A DNA stretch of 64,000 nucleotides from Candidatus Parcubacteria bacterium (GTDB taxonomy: Bacteria; Patescibacteriota; Patescibacteriia; Patescibacteriales; BM507): positions 50,224 to 114,223 of the forward strand of contig PKTH01000036.1 in assembly GCA_002869265.1 (NCBI GenBank). The letters are read 5' to 3'. Positions 51,223-60,525 of the stretch are shown piece after piece. The stretch's first letter is position 1. Each line of letters opens with the position of its first letter. A program made the position numbers and the translations under genes. The notes under the pieces were generated by a model. That model saw only the letters and a program-made list of their open reading frames with translations. It was not told where the DNA came from and ran no database searches.

Positions 51223-51247
51223 TAGATATCTCCTATTTAAAGATCAT

Positions 51248-51634
51248 TTATTTTTTCCAATTTTCAATGTATTTTGCAATACCGTTATTTTCTATTTTGT
51301 TTTTTAATTTTGTGGATGTGTATAAGTATCGTATAACAGATCCTAGGTCTATTGAATATCTGTCATTGATGACTTTGTACTGAACAAGGTCGGCCTGGAT
51401 TGCTCTTCTTATTGTTTTGGATTGAACACCACCTATCTTTGCTGCCTCTGATACAGACACCCACAAAGGCTCAAAATTGGTTTCTGAGAGCGGTATCTCT
51501 ACTTTGTATCTTTCGGTATTGATTCTACTCTTTTTCTTTTCAGGGCTGCTTATTGGAATCGGTGAACTAAGCTCATTTATTTCTGAGTTTTGAGGAGAAT
51601 TTTTAGAAATATTTTTTCCCACACTGTCTTTCAT
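51248..51634 (-). CDS. Excisionase/MerR-like helix-turn-helix DNA-binding protein
   Basis: WVSVSEAAKIGGVQSKTIRRAI...RYSI pattern. Confidence 0.8.
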   Translation of the reverse strand: MKDSVGKNISKNSPQNSEINELSSPIPISSPEKKKSRINTERYKVEIPLSETNFEPLWVSVSEAAKIGGVQSKTIRRAIQADLVQYKVINDRYSIDLGSVIRYLYTSTKLKNKIENNGIAKYIENWKK

Positions 51635-51640
51635 GTCGAC

Positions 51641-51807
51641 TTAAGTCTAGTAAAATCTGGACTTAAATAAATAATTATCTAAAATTAGTTAATAAATATT
51701 TAAGTCTAATAAATACTAGACCTAAATAAAAAATTAACCAATATGAGCTTGATAAAATTATATTTTTGTTTTTTAATTATTTTAAGTCCATGTTTACATA
51801 GACTTAA
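51641..51807. repeat. Three palindromic sites TTAAGTC-N12-GAC(T/C)TAA
   Basis: Copies at 51641-51666, 51700-51725 and 51782-51807. Confidence 0.85.
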
Positions 51808-51945
51808 ATAACAATTTTTTTATATACTTGCATATTTTTTGATATAAATCAATAGTCCATAGTATTTATAAATTTACTATAAAATCACTTATAATTTTCT
51901 GTATTCAGAGGACTTTGTTTTTAGAAATTTTTTATAAATTAATTC

Positions 51946-51974
51946 TTGCTATTTGATTATTTTCGTGCTAAATT
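51946..51974 (+). promoter_or_regulatory. Possible sigma70 promoter for the ECF sigma gene
   Basis: TTGCTA-N17-TAAATT with TG extension. Confidence 0.5.
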
Positions 51975-52047
51975 AGTTAATAGATTAATTAGAAAAATAT
52001 ATTAGAAAGTGACTCAAATAGGTCCTTTTTTTATTTATTTATTTTAC

Positions 52048-52073
52048 TGTAACAATTCTTTTGTTTTTACGTA
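52048..52073 (+). promoter_or_regulatory. ECF-type autoregulatory promoter
   Basis: TGTAAC-N16-CGTA, similar to B. subtilis SigW/SigX promoters, ending 7 nt before the ATG. Confidence 0.75.
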
Positions 52074-52080
52074 TTATTAA

Positions 52081-52653
52081 ATGAGTTTATTTAACATAAA
52101 AGATCAGTCACTTCTTTCTAGACTGAAAAACGATAATAAAGAAGCTTTTATAGAAGCTTATGATTTATACGTAGATCAAATTTATCGTTTTGTTTTTTTT
52201 AAAGTCGGAAGCAAAGAAGAAGCTGAGGATATAACCTCGGCTGTTTTCCTCAAAACTTGGAACCATATCCAGGAAACAGACAAGCTTGTTGAGAAAACTC
52301 TCAAAGCACTTCTTTATAGGATAGCTAGAAACACGATTATTGATCACTACAGAAAGAAAAAAGAATTGAGCGATATTTCTATCGATGCTGAAGATTCTGA
52401 TTTTGATCTTCCAGATGGTTCACAAGATATTGAGGCGAAAATCCAACTGGATAGTGAGATAGAAATTGTTCACGCGAAATTACTTGAGCTAAAGGATGAG
52501 TATCGAGAGATTATAATGATGCGCTACATCAATGAAATGAGCATAGAAGAAGTAGCCACTATTTTAGAAAAATCAAAGGGGAATATTCGGGTTCTGACCC
52601 ACAGAGCATTAAAAGCCCTAAACGAATTAGTAGGGGTTGATGAAAAAAAATGA
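52081..52653 (+). CDS. ECF sigma-70 factor
   Basis: Region 2 (AEDITS.VF.K.W, LYRIARN.IID.YR) and region 4 (EEVA.IL.KS.GNIR...HRA). Confidence 0.95.
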   Translation: MSLFNIKDQSLLSRLKNDNKEAFIEAYDLYVDQIYRFVFFKVGSKEEAEDITSAVFLKTWNHIQETDKLVEKTLKALLYRIARNTIIDHYRKKKELSDISIDAEDSDFDLPDGSQDIEAKIQLDSEIEIVHAKLLELKDEYREIIMMRYINEMSIEEVATILEKSKGNIRVLTHRALKALNELVGVDEKK

Positions 52654-53675
52654 ACGAAAAAGACATATTAAAAAAACTTAATAGTTATAAAGCAATCAAA
52701 GCTGATAAAACCTGGAAGAAGGAAAATCGTCAGGTTTTGTTTAATCAAATAATGAATTCCAGCTCAGGCAATGAGGCTGATTTTTCTTTTGCAAAAATTG
52801 CTAATGCGTTTAAAATTTATTCAGATACTTTTTATAATGGAATCGTTAAGAGAATGGGACAGCCCGTTCTTTTGACTTCTATGATTGTTTTAGTGGTCTT
52901 GGGAGGTGGTGTTATGAGTATTGACGCTTCTCGTGATGCAACCCCTGGAGATTCACTATATATTGCTAAGAAAATTTCTGAGAAAACAAAGTTTGCTTTA
53001 ACTTTTAGTGAGAAGAAAAAGGCACAATTGAATGTATCTTTTGCAGAAAACAGAGCCAAGGAGATTGCACAGGTGATGGCAGACGAGAAACCAGAAACTG
53101 AGAAGCAGGAAATAGTTGAAAGACTAACAGGGGATTTTAAAAAGGAAATTAGCAATGTCAAAAATAGAATCGAAAAAATCGCTAAAGAAGTAAAAGAAAC
53201 TGAAGAGAATGTTGAAGTGATTGAGACTGAAGAGTCTCTGGAAGAAAATATATTTACTGCTAATTTGGGCAAAGGAGATGAGGGGCTTTCTATAGAGTCT
53301 GAGGTGGAGGTTGTAGAGCTAGCCGAAGAGGACCTTGCTGAAGAGCTTGCTCAAGAAGAGGAGACTGAAGTAGAGCTGGAAGATGAAGAGCTTGTCGAAT
53401 TAGCCGAAGAGACAGATACAGAGGGAGCTAGTTCAAGTGATGCAGTTGAAGAGGAAGCAGTAGAGACAAATTCTCAGGAAATGTTAAGTGAAGTAAGAGA
53501 ATTAATCGAAAGTGATGATTTTGACGCTACCCTCGAAAAGCTAGACGCAGTTTCAGTCAGCCTAGATAAAGAAATAGAAAGTGGAGAAGTAAAGGGTGTT
53601 GAAGAGTCCTTGGAAGATGAAACTATTTCATCTGAGGTAGTCGAGGAGGCTGCTACCAGTACCGAAGAAAATTAA
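52650..53675 (+). CDS. Putative anti-sigma factor with DUF5667-like domain and acidic tail
   Basis: ATGA coupling to the sigma gene; TM; ATPGDSLY.AK...EK motif; very Glu-rich C-terminus. Confidence 0.75.
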   Translation: MNEKDILKKLNSYKAIKADKTWKKENRQVLFNQIMNSSSGNEADFSFAKIANAFKIYSDTFYNGIVKRMGQPVLLTSMIVLVVLGGGVMSIDASRDATPGDSLYIAKKISEKTKFALTFSEKKKAQLNVSFAENRAKEIAQVMADEKPETEKQEIVERLTGDFKKEISNVKNRIEKIAKEVKETEENVEVIETEESLEENIFTANLGKGDEGLSIESEVEVVELAEEDLAEELAQEEETEVELEDEELVELAEETDTEGASSSDAVEEEAVETNSQEMLSEVRELIESDDFDATLEKLDAVSVSLDKEIESGEVKGVEESLEDETISSEVVEEAATSTEEN

Positions 53676-53682
53676 TTTCAAT

Positions 53683-54068
53683 AAAAGCTTGTCGTAACTT
53701 ACAAAATTGAATAAAGAATTTAGTGTTGATTTTTTTGAGGTGAATATTTCACTTTAGAAAAATCTACATTATGTATTTAGTGTAGAGGTAGTGAAACCAG
53801 GTCGATCTCGATTAGAGAGTTTTGCTAAAATCCTTCTTCGGAAGGTGTGCGATCATTTTTAAATGAACAAGCTTTATTCCCCGCGTTTATGTTTATAAAC
53901 ATAAACGCAGGATAAACTTCCCCCATGAATTTTACCTACGTATTTATAAATATAAATGCGGGGATAATGGGATTCCAGTTTATTTGAAAATATTTAAGGT
54001 CGTAATCTATAAAATAAAATTGTTCTGTTTGGACTAGGTGCACTTATCCAAGCAAACAAAGAAAGGAC
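53683..54068 (+). other. Highly structured ~400 nt leader of the major surface protein gene
   Basis: Several stems with G-U pairs, a C(UUCG)G loop at 53832-53845, and a 26 nt palindrome at 53883-53908. Confidence 0.65.
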
Positions 54069-54076
54069 AAATCTTT

Positions 54077-57000
54077 ATGAAAAGATTGAAAAAAATGATT
54101 GTCTTAAGTGTCATGATGATGACAGTTTTCTCAATGAGTGTTGTTGTAGCTCCAGAAGCTAGCGCAGCATCTGCAGGAGACTTAATCAAAATGGATGGTT
54201 TATCATCTGTTTACTATCTTGGCGCTGATGGCAAAAGATACGTTTTCCCTAACGAGTCTACTTACTTTTCATGGTATAGTGATTTTTCTGGTGTTGTAAC
54301 AATTTCACAAAGTGAATTAGAATCTTACAATCTTGGTAAGAACGTTACAATGAGACCAGGTACAAGTCTTGTTAAAATTACTACAAATCCTAACGTTTAT
54401 GCTGTAACTCCAGGTGGCGATTTACTTTTAATCCCTTCTGAAGAAGTAGCTATGGCGTTATACGGTGAAGCTTGGGCATCAAGAGTCGTTGACATTGCTG
54501 ACTCATTCTTCACAAACTACGAGATCGCTTCTGGTGAAGCTTCTGCTGATATGTTACCAGCTGGTTCTTTAGCTAAATTCGGTGGTGCTGATGTTTATTA
54601 CATCGATGCTGACGGTTCAGCTAGACTAATTGTTGACGAAGCAGCTTTCGAAGCTAACAGATTTAACTTCGGTTTCGTTATCGATTCTAGCCTAGACATG
54701 CCTGCTGCCGGTGATGATGTAACAGCTAAAGAAGATTCTTTATCTGATACAGCTCAAGGTGCTGGTGGTCAAGCTGGTGCTGGTACTGGTGTTTCTGTAG
54801 CTTTAGCTTCTGATACTCCAGCTGCTGGAAACGTTCCAACAGGTGCTTCAGTTGAGGTTTTGAAATTCAATGTTTCAGCTTCAAATGATGGTGATGTTAA
54901 CATCAACAGCATTAAACTATCTGCTTTCGGGTTAGGTAGTGCTGGTGATATTGATGCTGTTGCTTTCTATGATAATGGAGTAAAAGTAGGTACTTCAAAA
55001 GACCTTAATGCTTCAGATAGATACTCAGTATTTAACTTCTCAACACCTATTAATATCCCAGCTGGTTCAACAAAAGCGTTAACTGTAAAAGCTACACTAG
55101 CTAATACAAGTAACTATGCTGTTGGTATCAAAGAGGCAGGAGATATTATGACAAACGGTGCTGTTGTTTCAGGTTCATTCCCTATCGAAGGTAATGTTGT
55201 ATCTGGAGTTACTGCTTCTCTTGGAGCTTTTGACTTCGATAATGTTGAAACAACTGATACAAACAACCAATTTGGTGAAGATAATGTTCTATTAGCTGCT
55301 TTTGATGTTGATGTTACAGCAACAGAAGATGTGCTACTTGGAGCTATTAGACTAAGAAATGGTGGAACAAATTCAAATGATATTGTTTCAAACATCTCTT
55401 TAGTAGTTGACGGTGACGAGGTTCAATCTGGACTAAGCATCGTTGATAGATATGTAAACCTTGATGCAGGCGGATACCTAATCGAAAAAGGTCAATCAGC
55501 TTCTGTAGAGGTTTATGGTGATATTGGAATTGGCAATGCTAATGACACTATCGGTCTATACATGAAAGAAGCAACTGACATTTCAGTTGTTGGAAAAACA
55601 TTTGGCTATGAGCTATCTGCTACAGCTGATACTGACCTAACAACTTTGATGACTTCTAATGGTGCTATCGTAGTAACACTAGATGCTGGTGACTTCGCAA
55701 TTGATATGGACAAAACAGCTACTCCTGCTAAAGATATTAGAGCTGACTCTACAAATGTTGTTTTAGCTACAATTAAAATGACATCAAATTCAGAGAACGC
55801 TACTTTAGACGGAATTGGAGCTGGTCTAACTGTTACTGGTTCTAACATCCAAGGTGATGAGCTAGATTCATTTGAATTAGTTGACCTTGATTCTGGATCA
55901 GTATTTGATCTTACAGCTGACGGTGTAGCTGACGCTACATTCAATCTTACAATGACTGACGAAGTCGCTTTTGTTAAAGGAGTAACTAAGACTTTCGCTC
56001 TAAGATGTGATGTTCTAGCAGCTGCTGACGTTAATGACGTATTCAAAGTTACTTTAGCAGGTTCTGCTCTAACACTAACTGGTGATACTTCTGATGCTAC
56101 AATTTCAGATATCACTCCAAGTTCAGTAACTGGAGCTAACCAAACTGTTAAAGGTGCTACATTAACATGGACAACATCTGTATTAACTGACAAAACAGTT
56201 GTAACAGGTGCTTCTGATGTGATTGTTTATCAAGCTGGTGTAAAAGCTGGTGATGTTTCACCTATCACAATTACTTCTATTAAATTAGACGTTGTTGCTG
56301 ATGATGGTGATGTTAACGGTTCATTTATTGATAACAATATCACTAAATTGGATCTATACATGAACAATGTATTAGTTAAGAGTCTTTCTAACGGAATCAC
56401 AGAAGCTACTGCTCCTAATGGTTACGTTACATTCTCTTCACTTCCAACTGCTTCAAGAACTGTTGCAGCTGGTGCTACTGTTCCAGTTGAAGTAAAAGCT
56501 ACTTTTGCTTCAAGCTTCGCTACTACTTCTACATGGAGTGTTGGTGTTGTTGCTGCTGGTTCAGTTAGTGCAAAAGATGATCAAAACACTACTGTATCTG
56601 CCTCTGTTCCTTACGTTCTAGGGTCAAGAGATGTTACTTTAGCTGCAGCTGGTTATCTAAAAGCTACTTTACTAACTGATGATCAAATGGCTGACAGAGA
56701 TACCTACATCGTTGCAGGTCAATCTACAGATGCTGATGATTATCTAGGTGAAGTTGAGCTAAGAGCTTATAACGAAGGTATTACAGTTCAATCTCTTGTT
56801 CTAATGCAATCTGGTACAGCTACTGGTGCTGATATTTCTATGGTAAATCTATATGATTCATCTGGATCTTTAGTTGCTAGCGCTCTACCAACAGTTGAAG
56901 GACACGCTTTCTTCGATTCATTAGACCTTGACGTTGCTGCTGACGAAACAGATTCTTATTTCATTGGTATTGATGCAAAATCAATCAATGCAAATGGTGA

Positions 57001-57718
57001 TGCTAATGGTACAGCTACATATGGAAAAGTTGCTCAATTTGCTTTTGCAAGTTCAACTGTTCTAGCTCTATCAAGCATTGACGAAACTGCTGCTGTTACT
57101 GCAGTAGGAGCTGACTCAGGTGATGAAATTGTAATGACTGAAGATGTTGATGCAACTCCTGAGAACAACGAATACTCAGTTTCAACAACAAACACAAAAT
57201 CAGCTACTGTTACTGGTTCTAACCTAACAAGCGTTGTAAACGTAATGGATGATGCTACTCTAACAGGTGGTACTCTAACAATTGGTAAATACAAAATGGT
57301 ATTTGACAATGCTGCTAATAGAACTGCTACAAACGAAGAGCTAAAAGCACAATTAGTAACTCTAGACCTACAAATTAGTATGGGATCTGGTGTTTCTGCT
57401 ACAAGTGTTCAAGCTTACGTTCTAGGTAACACAACAAAGACAGCTGTTGCTGTTAATGTTGATGATGCTGGTGACGCTTTCGCTGACGGTGAAACTGCTA
57501 GAATCACTCTATCAACACTTCCAGGTTCTGCTTTAGTAGACGGTGAAGTTACATTAGTGATCGTTGGTAATGTTACATCTGCAGCTAATGCTTACCTACA
57601 AACAAAGATCGTTGATATCAACACTGACTTCACATTCAGTGGAAATGGAGTAACTGGTGGAAACATCAACCCTCTATTGGATATCACTGACGTTGTTGGT
57701 GGTACACTATCTAACTAA
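54077..57718 (+). CDS. Large secreted S-layer-like major surface protein
   Basis: SD GAAAGGA; signal peptide; CPR-type N-terminal GDLIK...VYY...GKRYVFPN domain; A/T/S/V/D/G-rich beta repeats; strong codon bias. Confidence 0.8.
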   Translation: MKRLKKMIVLSVMMMTVFSMSVVVAPEASAASAGDLIKMDGLSSVYYLGADGKRYVFPNESTYFSWYSDFSGVVTISQSELESYNLGKNVTMRPGTSLVKITTNPNVYAVTPGGDLLLIPSEEVAMALYGEAWASRVVDIADSFFTNYEIASGEASADMLPAGSLAKFGGADVYYIDADGSARLIVDEAAFEANRFNFGFVIDSSLDMPAAGDDVTAKEDSLSDTAQGAGGQAGAGTGVSVALASDTPAAGNVPTGASVEVLKFNVSASNDGDVNINSIKLSAFGLGSAGDIDAVAFYDNGVKVGTSKDLNASDRYSVFNFSTPINIPAGSTKALTVKATLANTSNYAVGIKEAGDIMTNGAVVSGSFPIEGNVVSGVTASLGAFDFDNVETTDTNNQFGEDNVLLAAFDVDVTATEDVLLGAIRLRNGGTNSNDIVSNISLVVDGDEVQSGLSIVDRYVNLDAGGYLIEKGQSASVEVYGDIGIGNANDTIGLYMKEATDISVVGKTFGYELSATADTDLTTLMTSNGAIVVTLDAGDFAIDMDKTATPAKDIRADSTNVVLATIKMTSNSENATLDGIGAGLTVTGSNIQGDELDSFELVDLDSGSVFDLTADGVADATFNLTMTDEVAFVKGVTKTFALRCDVLAAADVNDVFKVTLAGSALTLTGDTSDATISDITPSSVTGANQTVKGATLTWTTSVLTDKTVVTGASDVIVYQAGVKAGDVSPITITSIKLDVVADDGDVNGSFIDNNITKLDLYMNNVLVKSLSNGITEATAPNGYVTFSSLPTASRTVAAGATVPVEVKATFASSFATTSTWSVGVVAAGSVSAKDDQNTTVSASVPYVLGSRDVTLAAAGYLKATLLTDDQMADRDTYIVAGQSTDADDYLGEVELRAYNEGITVQSLVLMQSGTATGADISMVNLYDSSGSLVASALPTVEGHAFFDSLDLDVAADETDSYFIGIDAKSINANGDANGTATYGKVAQFAFASSTVLALSSIDETAAVTAVGADSGDEIVMTEDVDATPENNEYSVSTTNTKSATVTGSNLTSVVNVMDDATLTGGTLTIGKYKMVFDNAANRTATNEELKAQLVTLDLQISMGSGVSATSVQAYVLGNTTKTAVAVNVDDAGDAFADGETARITLSTLPGSALVDGEVTLVIVGNVTSAANAYLQTKIVDINTDFTFSGNGVTGGNINPLLDITDVVGGTLSN

Positions 57719-57765
57719 TTTTAGTTCAGATAATATAGCTAATTAACTTCGGTTAATTTGCAGAC

Positions 57766-57797
57766 AAACCCCGCTCGAAAGAGCGGGGTTTTGTTTT
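57766..57797 (+). terminator. Strong intrinsic terminator
   Basis: AAACCCCGCTC-GAAA-GAGCGGGGTTT followed by a T-rich tail. Confidence 0.93.
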
Positions 57798-57860
57798 ACC
57801 TAAACTAAACAGAATATTTTATTTTTGTTATAATTAGAGAAAGATAAATAAATATATAAT

Positions 57861-60254
57861 ATGTTATTAAAAAAAATATCCTTACTATTTTTTGTGGTTT
57901 TAGGTTTTCTTTTTTATGCTCACCCAACAAAGGCTTTTGTAAACATTGAAGTGACAGGTTTCAGCTCATCTCCCCCGGAACCAGGTTTAAATGTTGAATG
58001 CGAGGTGAAGATGGCGATTAAAAATACTGGAGATGAGGATGTTTATAGTCTTGACGGGATAGCAGATTATCAATATAATTTCGAGTCTTTTAATATTATT
58101 GAGGCAGAGTTACCAAATATAAGTCAGGGGGATGCTCTTGGTGTTAATGAAACAAAATATTTTGTATTTCGTGGAATTTTTTCAGATATAGGCAGTAAGA
58201 CCCTGTCTTTTAGTGTGAACACAGATAAAGCCTTAACTGAGAGCACATATAACGATAATGATATAAGGGAGGAAATAAAAGTTATTTACGCTGATGATAT
58301 TAGTGTGGCTTCTGTTGAGGTCATGCCAAGAAAACCATCGGTAAACCAAAACATGGCGATAAAAGTTGCCGTAATAAATAATGGGCAAAAAGACCTAATT
58401 AACAAATATGGACTAGAGACCATAAAAGTGGAGTCTGACGATTTTGTCTTAATAAAAATTAGAGAGCCAAACATTACACACCTAGACCCATTTAAAATGA
58501 AAGAAAAAAAATATTTTATAATTGAAGGTCGATACGAATCTTCCGGTGAGAAAAATATCAACTTAGAAATTGATTTGAATAATAATCTGAAAGAATTCAA
58601 GGAGGACAATAATACTTACAACACCAAGGCAACGGTAGTTGAGAAATCAGACAAAGACGTAGCCTCCTATTTATATGATATTGAGCTGGGAGACGAGAAA
58701 GATCTTCTTGTTAACAAAAAAGTGGAAATAGTTTTCAGTGTTGAGAACATGGAGGATTATGGCTTTGGTGACGGAGAAGGTTTTACTCTAGTTGATATGA
58801 ATTATATTTTTGATGATTTTAAGGTAGACGAAATTGTTTATCCGGATGTACCTTCTATTGATAATTATTTAGAGAAAGAAGAATCGCTAAGTTATATTTT
58901 TAAAGGCCATTTTACAAATACTGGAGACAAAGAATTGAATTTCAAAATAGACAAACAAAACAAACTCTTGGAGACCGATGAAGATAACAACGAAACCACA
59001 GAGACCGTACATGTTTACGCTGATCAGGGTGAAGCTGACCAGGTATTTATAAAAGACACATTCGTGGAGTTTATTAGTTCAAGCTCGGCAGTAATTCACT
59101 GGGAAGCTGACAGGGACTCAATTGGCCTCATAAGATATACTGAGTTTAATCAGTATAACTACGGGCTTTATAAGGACTTAAACGAAATAGATTGGCCAAA
59201 ATCAACAGACAATAACACTCAGCATAAGCTTGAAATAAAAAACTTAGATCCAAATACAAAATATAGATATATTATAGAGGCTGAGAAGAACACAAAAATT
59301 TCGCCTTCTATAGAGTATTTTTTTACAACGCCCGTTGATGATTCTAAGAGTATCTCGGAGATAAAAATAGTTCAGCAAGACAACAAACTTTTCCTTACTT
59401 GGACTTCAGACATACTTATGCCCACTTGTTTAATGTTTTCTGCTCCTGGGGCTGATTTTAAAAAGCATTCTTTGAACAATAGCGTTTCTGCTCACGAGCT
59501 TGAAATTGAGCTTTCTGGTGCGGGAAATTATAGCTATTATGAATGTTCCAATGAAACCTTTAAAAAAACATTCACCCTCCAAGGGGATGTAGAGGCAGAG
59601 CCTTCTAGCACAGAATCTGCGGATAGCCCTGGTTCCGAAGATGGACAAACTAATAGTGGGGACGGGGATAATGGGGCGACTGGCAATGAGCCACTACATA
59701 ATAAAATAGAGATAAAAAATACAAAAATGTATTCAAGTCTGGGAGGAAAGATAGTGTTGAAAGTAGAAGAAAACGGAGAAGCTTATTATATAAACCCAAG
59801 TAAACAAGAAATGTATTTTCTTGGTAGACCCAAAGACGCTTTTTCAGTAATGCGGGAGCAAGGAGTGGGTATAACGAATGATGATTTGTATAAAATACCA
59901 GTTGGAACAACAGCGGATGGCCCTGACACAGATGGAGACGGCTTACCTGATAATTTAGAAGAAACCCTGGGACTAGATCCATCTAAAAAAGACAGTGATG
60001 GTGATGGTTTTGATGATATGAACGAACTTATAAATGGCTATAATCCTTGGGGAAGTGGAAACCAAAGCTTAGATGAAGGTTTTGCAAATAAGCAGAAAGG
60101 AAAGATTCTTTTACAGGTTCAGAAAAATGGAGAAGCTTGGTATGTAAATCCTAATGATGGTAGGAGATATTTTCTGGGTCGCCCTGCAGACGCTTTTGCT
60201 CTTATGAGAACGCTGGGCCTTGGTATATCAAACTCTAATTTTAGTAGTTTATAA
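57861..60254 (+). CDS. Secreted surface protein with CARDB-like repeats, FN3-like domain and Ca-binding DxDxDG repeats
   Basis: Signal peptide; three E..E.NN-ending repeats; DTDGDGL.D and DSDGDGF.D; two GK.LL.V..NGEA.Y.NP...YFLGRP.DAF repeats. Confidence 0.82.
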   Translation: MLLKKISLLFFVVLGFLFYAHPTKAFVNIEVTGFSSSPPEPGLNVECEVKMAIKNTGDEDVYSLDGIADYQYNFESFNIIEAELPNISQGDALGVNETKYFVFRGIFSDIGSKTLSFSVNTDKALTESTYNDNDIREEIKVIYADDISVASVEVMPRKPSVNQNMAIKVAVINNGQKDLINKYGLETIKVESDDFVLIKIREPNITHLDPFKMKEKKYFIIEGRYESSGEKNINLEIDLNNNLKEFKEDNNTYNTKATVVEKSDKDVASYLYDIELGDEKDLLVNKKVEIVFSVENMEDYGFGDGEGFTLVDMNYIFDDFKVDEIVYPDVPSIDNYLEKEESLSYIFKGHFTNTGDKELNFKIDKQNKLLETDEDNNETTETVHVYADQGEADQVFIKDTFVEFISSSSAVIHWEADRDSIGLIRYTEFNQYNYGLYKDLNEIDWPKSTDNNTQHKLEIKNLDPNTKYRYIIEAEKNTKISPSIEYFFTTPVDDSKSISEIKIVQQDNKLFLTWTSDILMPTCLMFSAPGADFKKHSLNNSVSAHELEIELSGAGNYSYYECSNETFKKTFTLQGDVEAEPSSTESADSPGSEDGQTNSGDGDNGATGNEPLHNKIEIKNTKMYSSLGGKIVLKVEENGEAYYINPSKQEMYFLGRPKDAFSVMREQGVGITNDDLYKIPVGTTADGPDTDGDGLPDNLEETLGLDPSKKDSDGDGFDDMNELINGYNPWGSGNQSLDEGFANKQKGKILLQVQKNGEAWYVNPNDGRRYFLGRPADAFALMRTLGLGISNSNFSSL

Positions 60255-60336
60255 ATATTAATCTGTTATTAATTTGACTTTTGTAGTATTTAGGGACACA
60301 ACGATTATCGTTCATTTCTAAAGAAAGGATAGGCAA

Positions 60337-60516
60337 ATGTCAAAAAAAGTAGTGTCACATTCAAGTGGTGGTCAAACAGAAACTAAAACATACGAAAATG
60401 GGAGGCTGGAAAGCATTCAGCACACAAATGACAGAACGGGGGAAAATCACGAACATGAAGTTTGCCGAGGCGGCGCCCTAGGTGCTCTAGGTCCATATGC
60501 TGGTGGGCGCAAATAA
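60337..60516 (+). CDS. 59 aa hypothetical protein, not in ORF track
   Basis: MSKKVVSHSSGGQTETKTYENGRLESIQHTNDRTGENHEHEVCRGGALGALGPYAGGRK; SD GAAAGGA; terminator immediately downstream. Confidence 0.72.
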   Translation: MSKKVVSHSSGGQTETKTYENGRLESIQHTNDRTGENHEHEVCRGGALGALGPYAGGRK

Positions 60517-60525
60517 TAATTATCC

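Noticed and set aside
50472-51634. Prophage or integrative element around the excisionase-like gene
   Set aside because: No integrase, structural genes or flanking att repeats seen
51641-51807. Palindromes as a CRISPR array or XerCD dif site
   Set aside because: Only three degenerate copies with irregular AT-rich gaps and no cas genes; no XerD arm (TTATGTTAAAT), and gene orientation does not switch here
53200-53675. Glu-rich quasi-repeats as a tandem DNA repeat
   Set aside because: Low-complexity coding sequence without a fixed repeat unit
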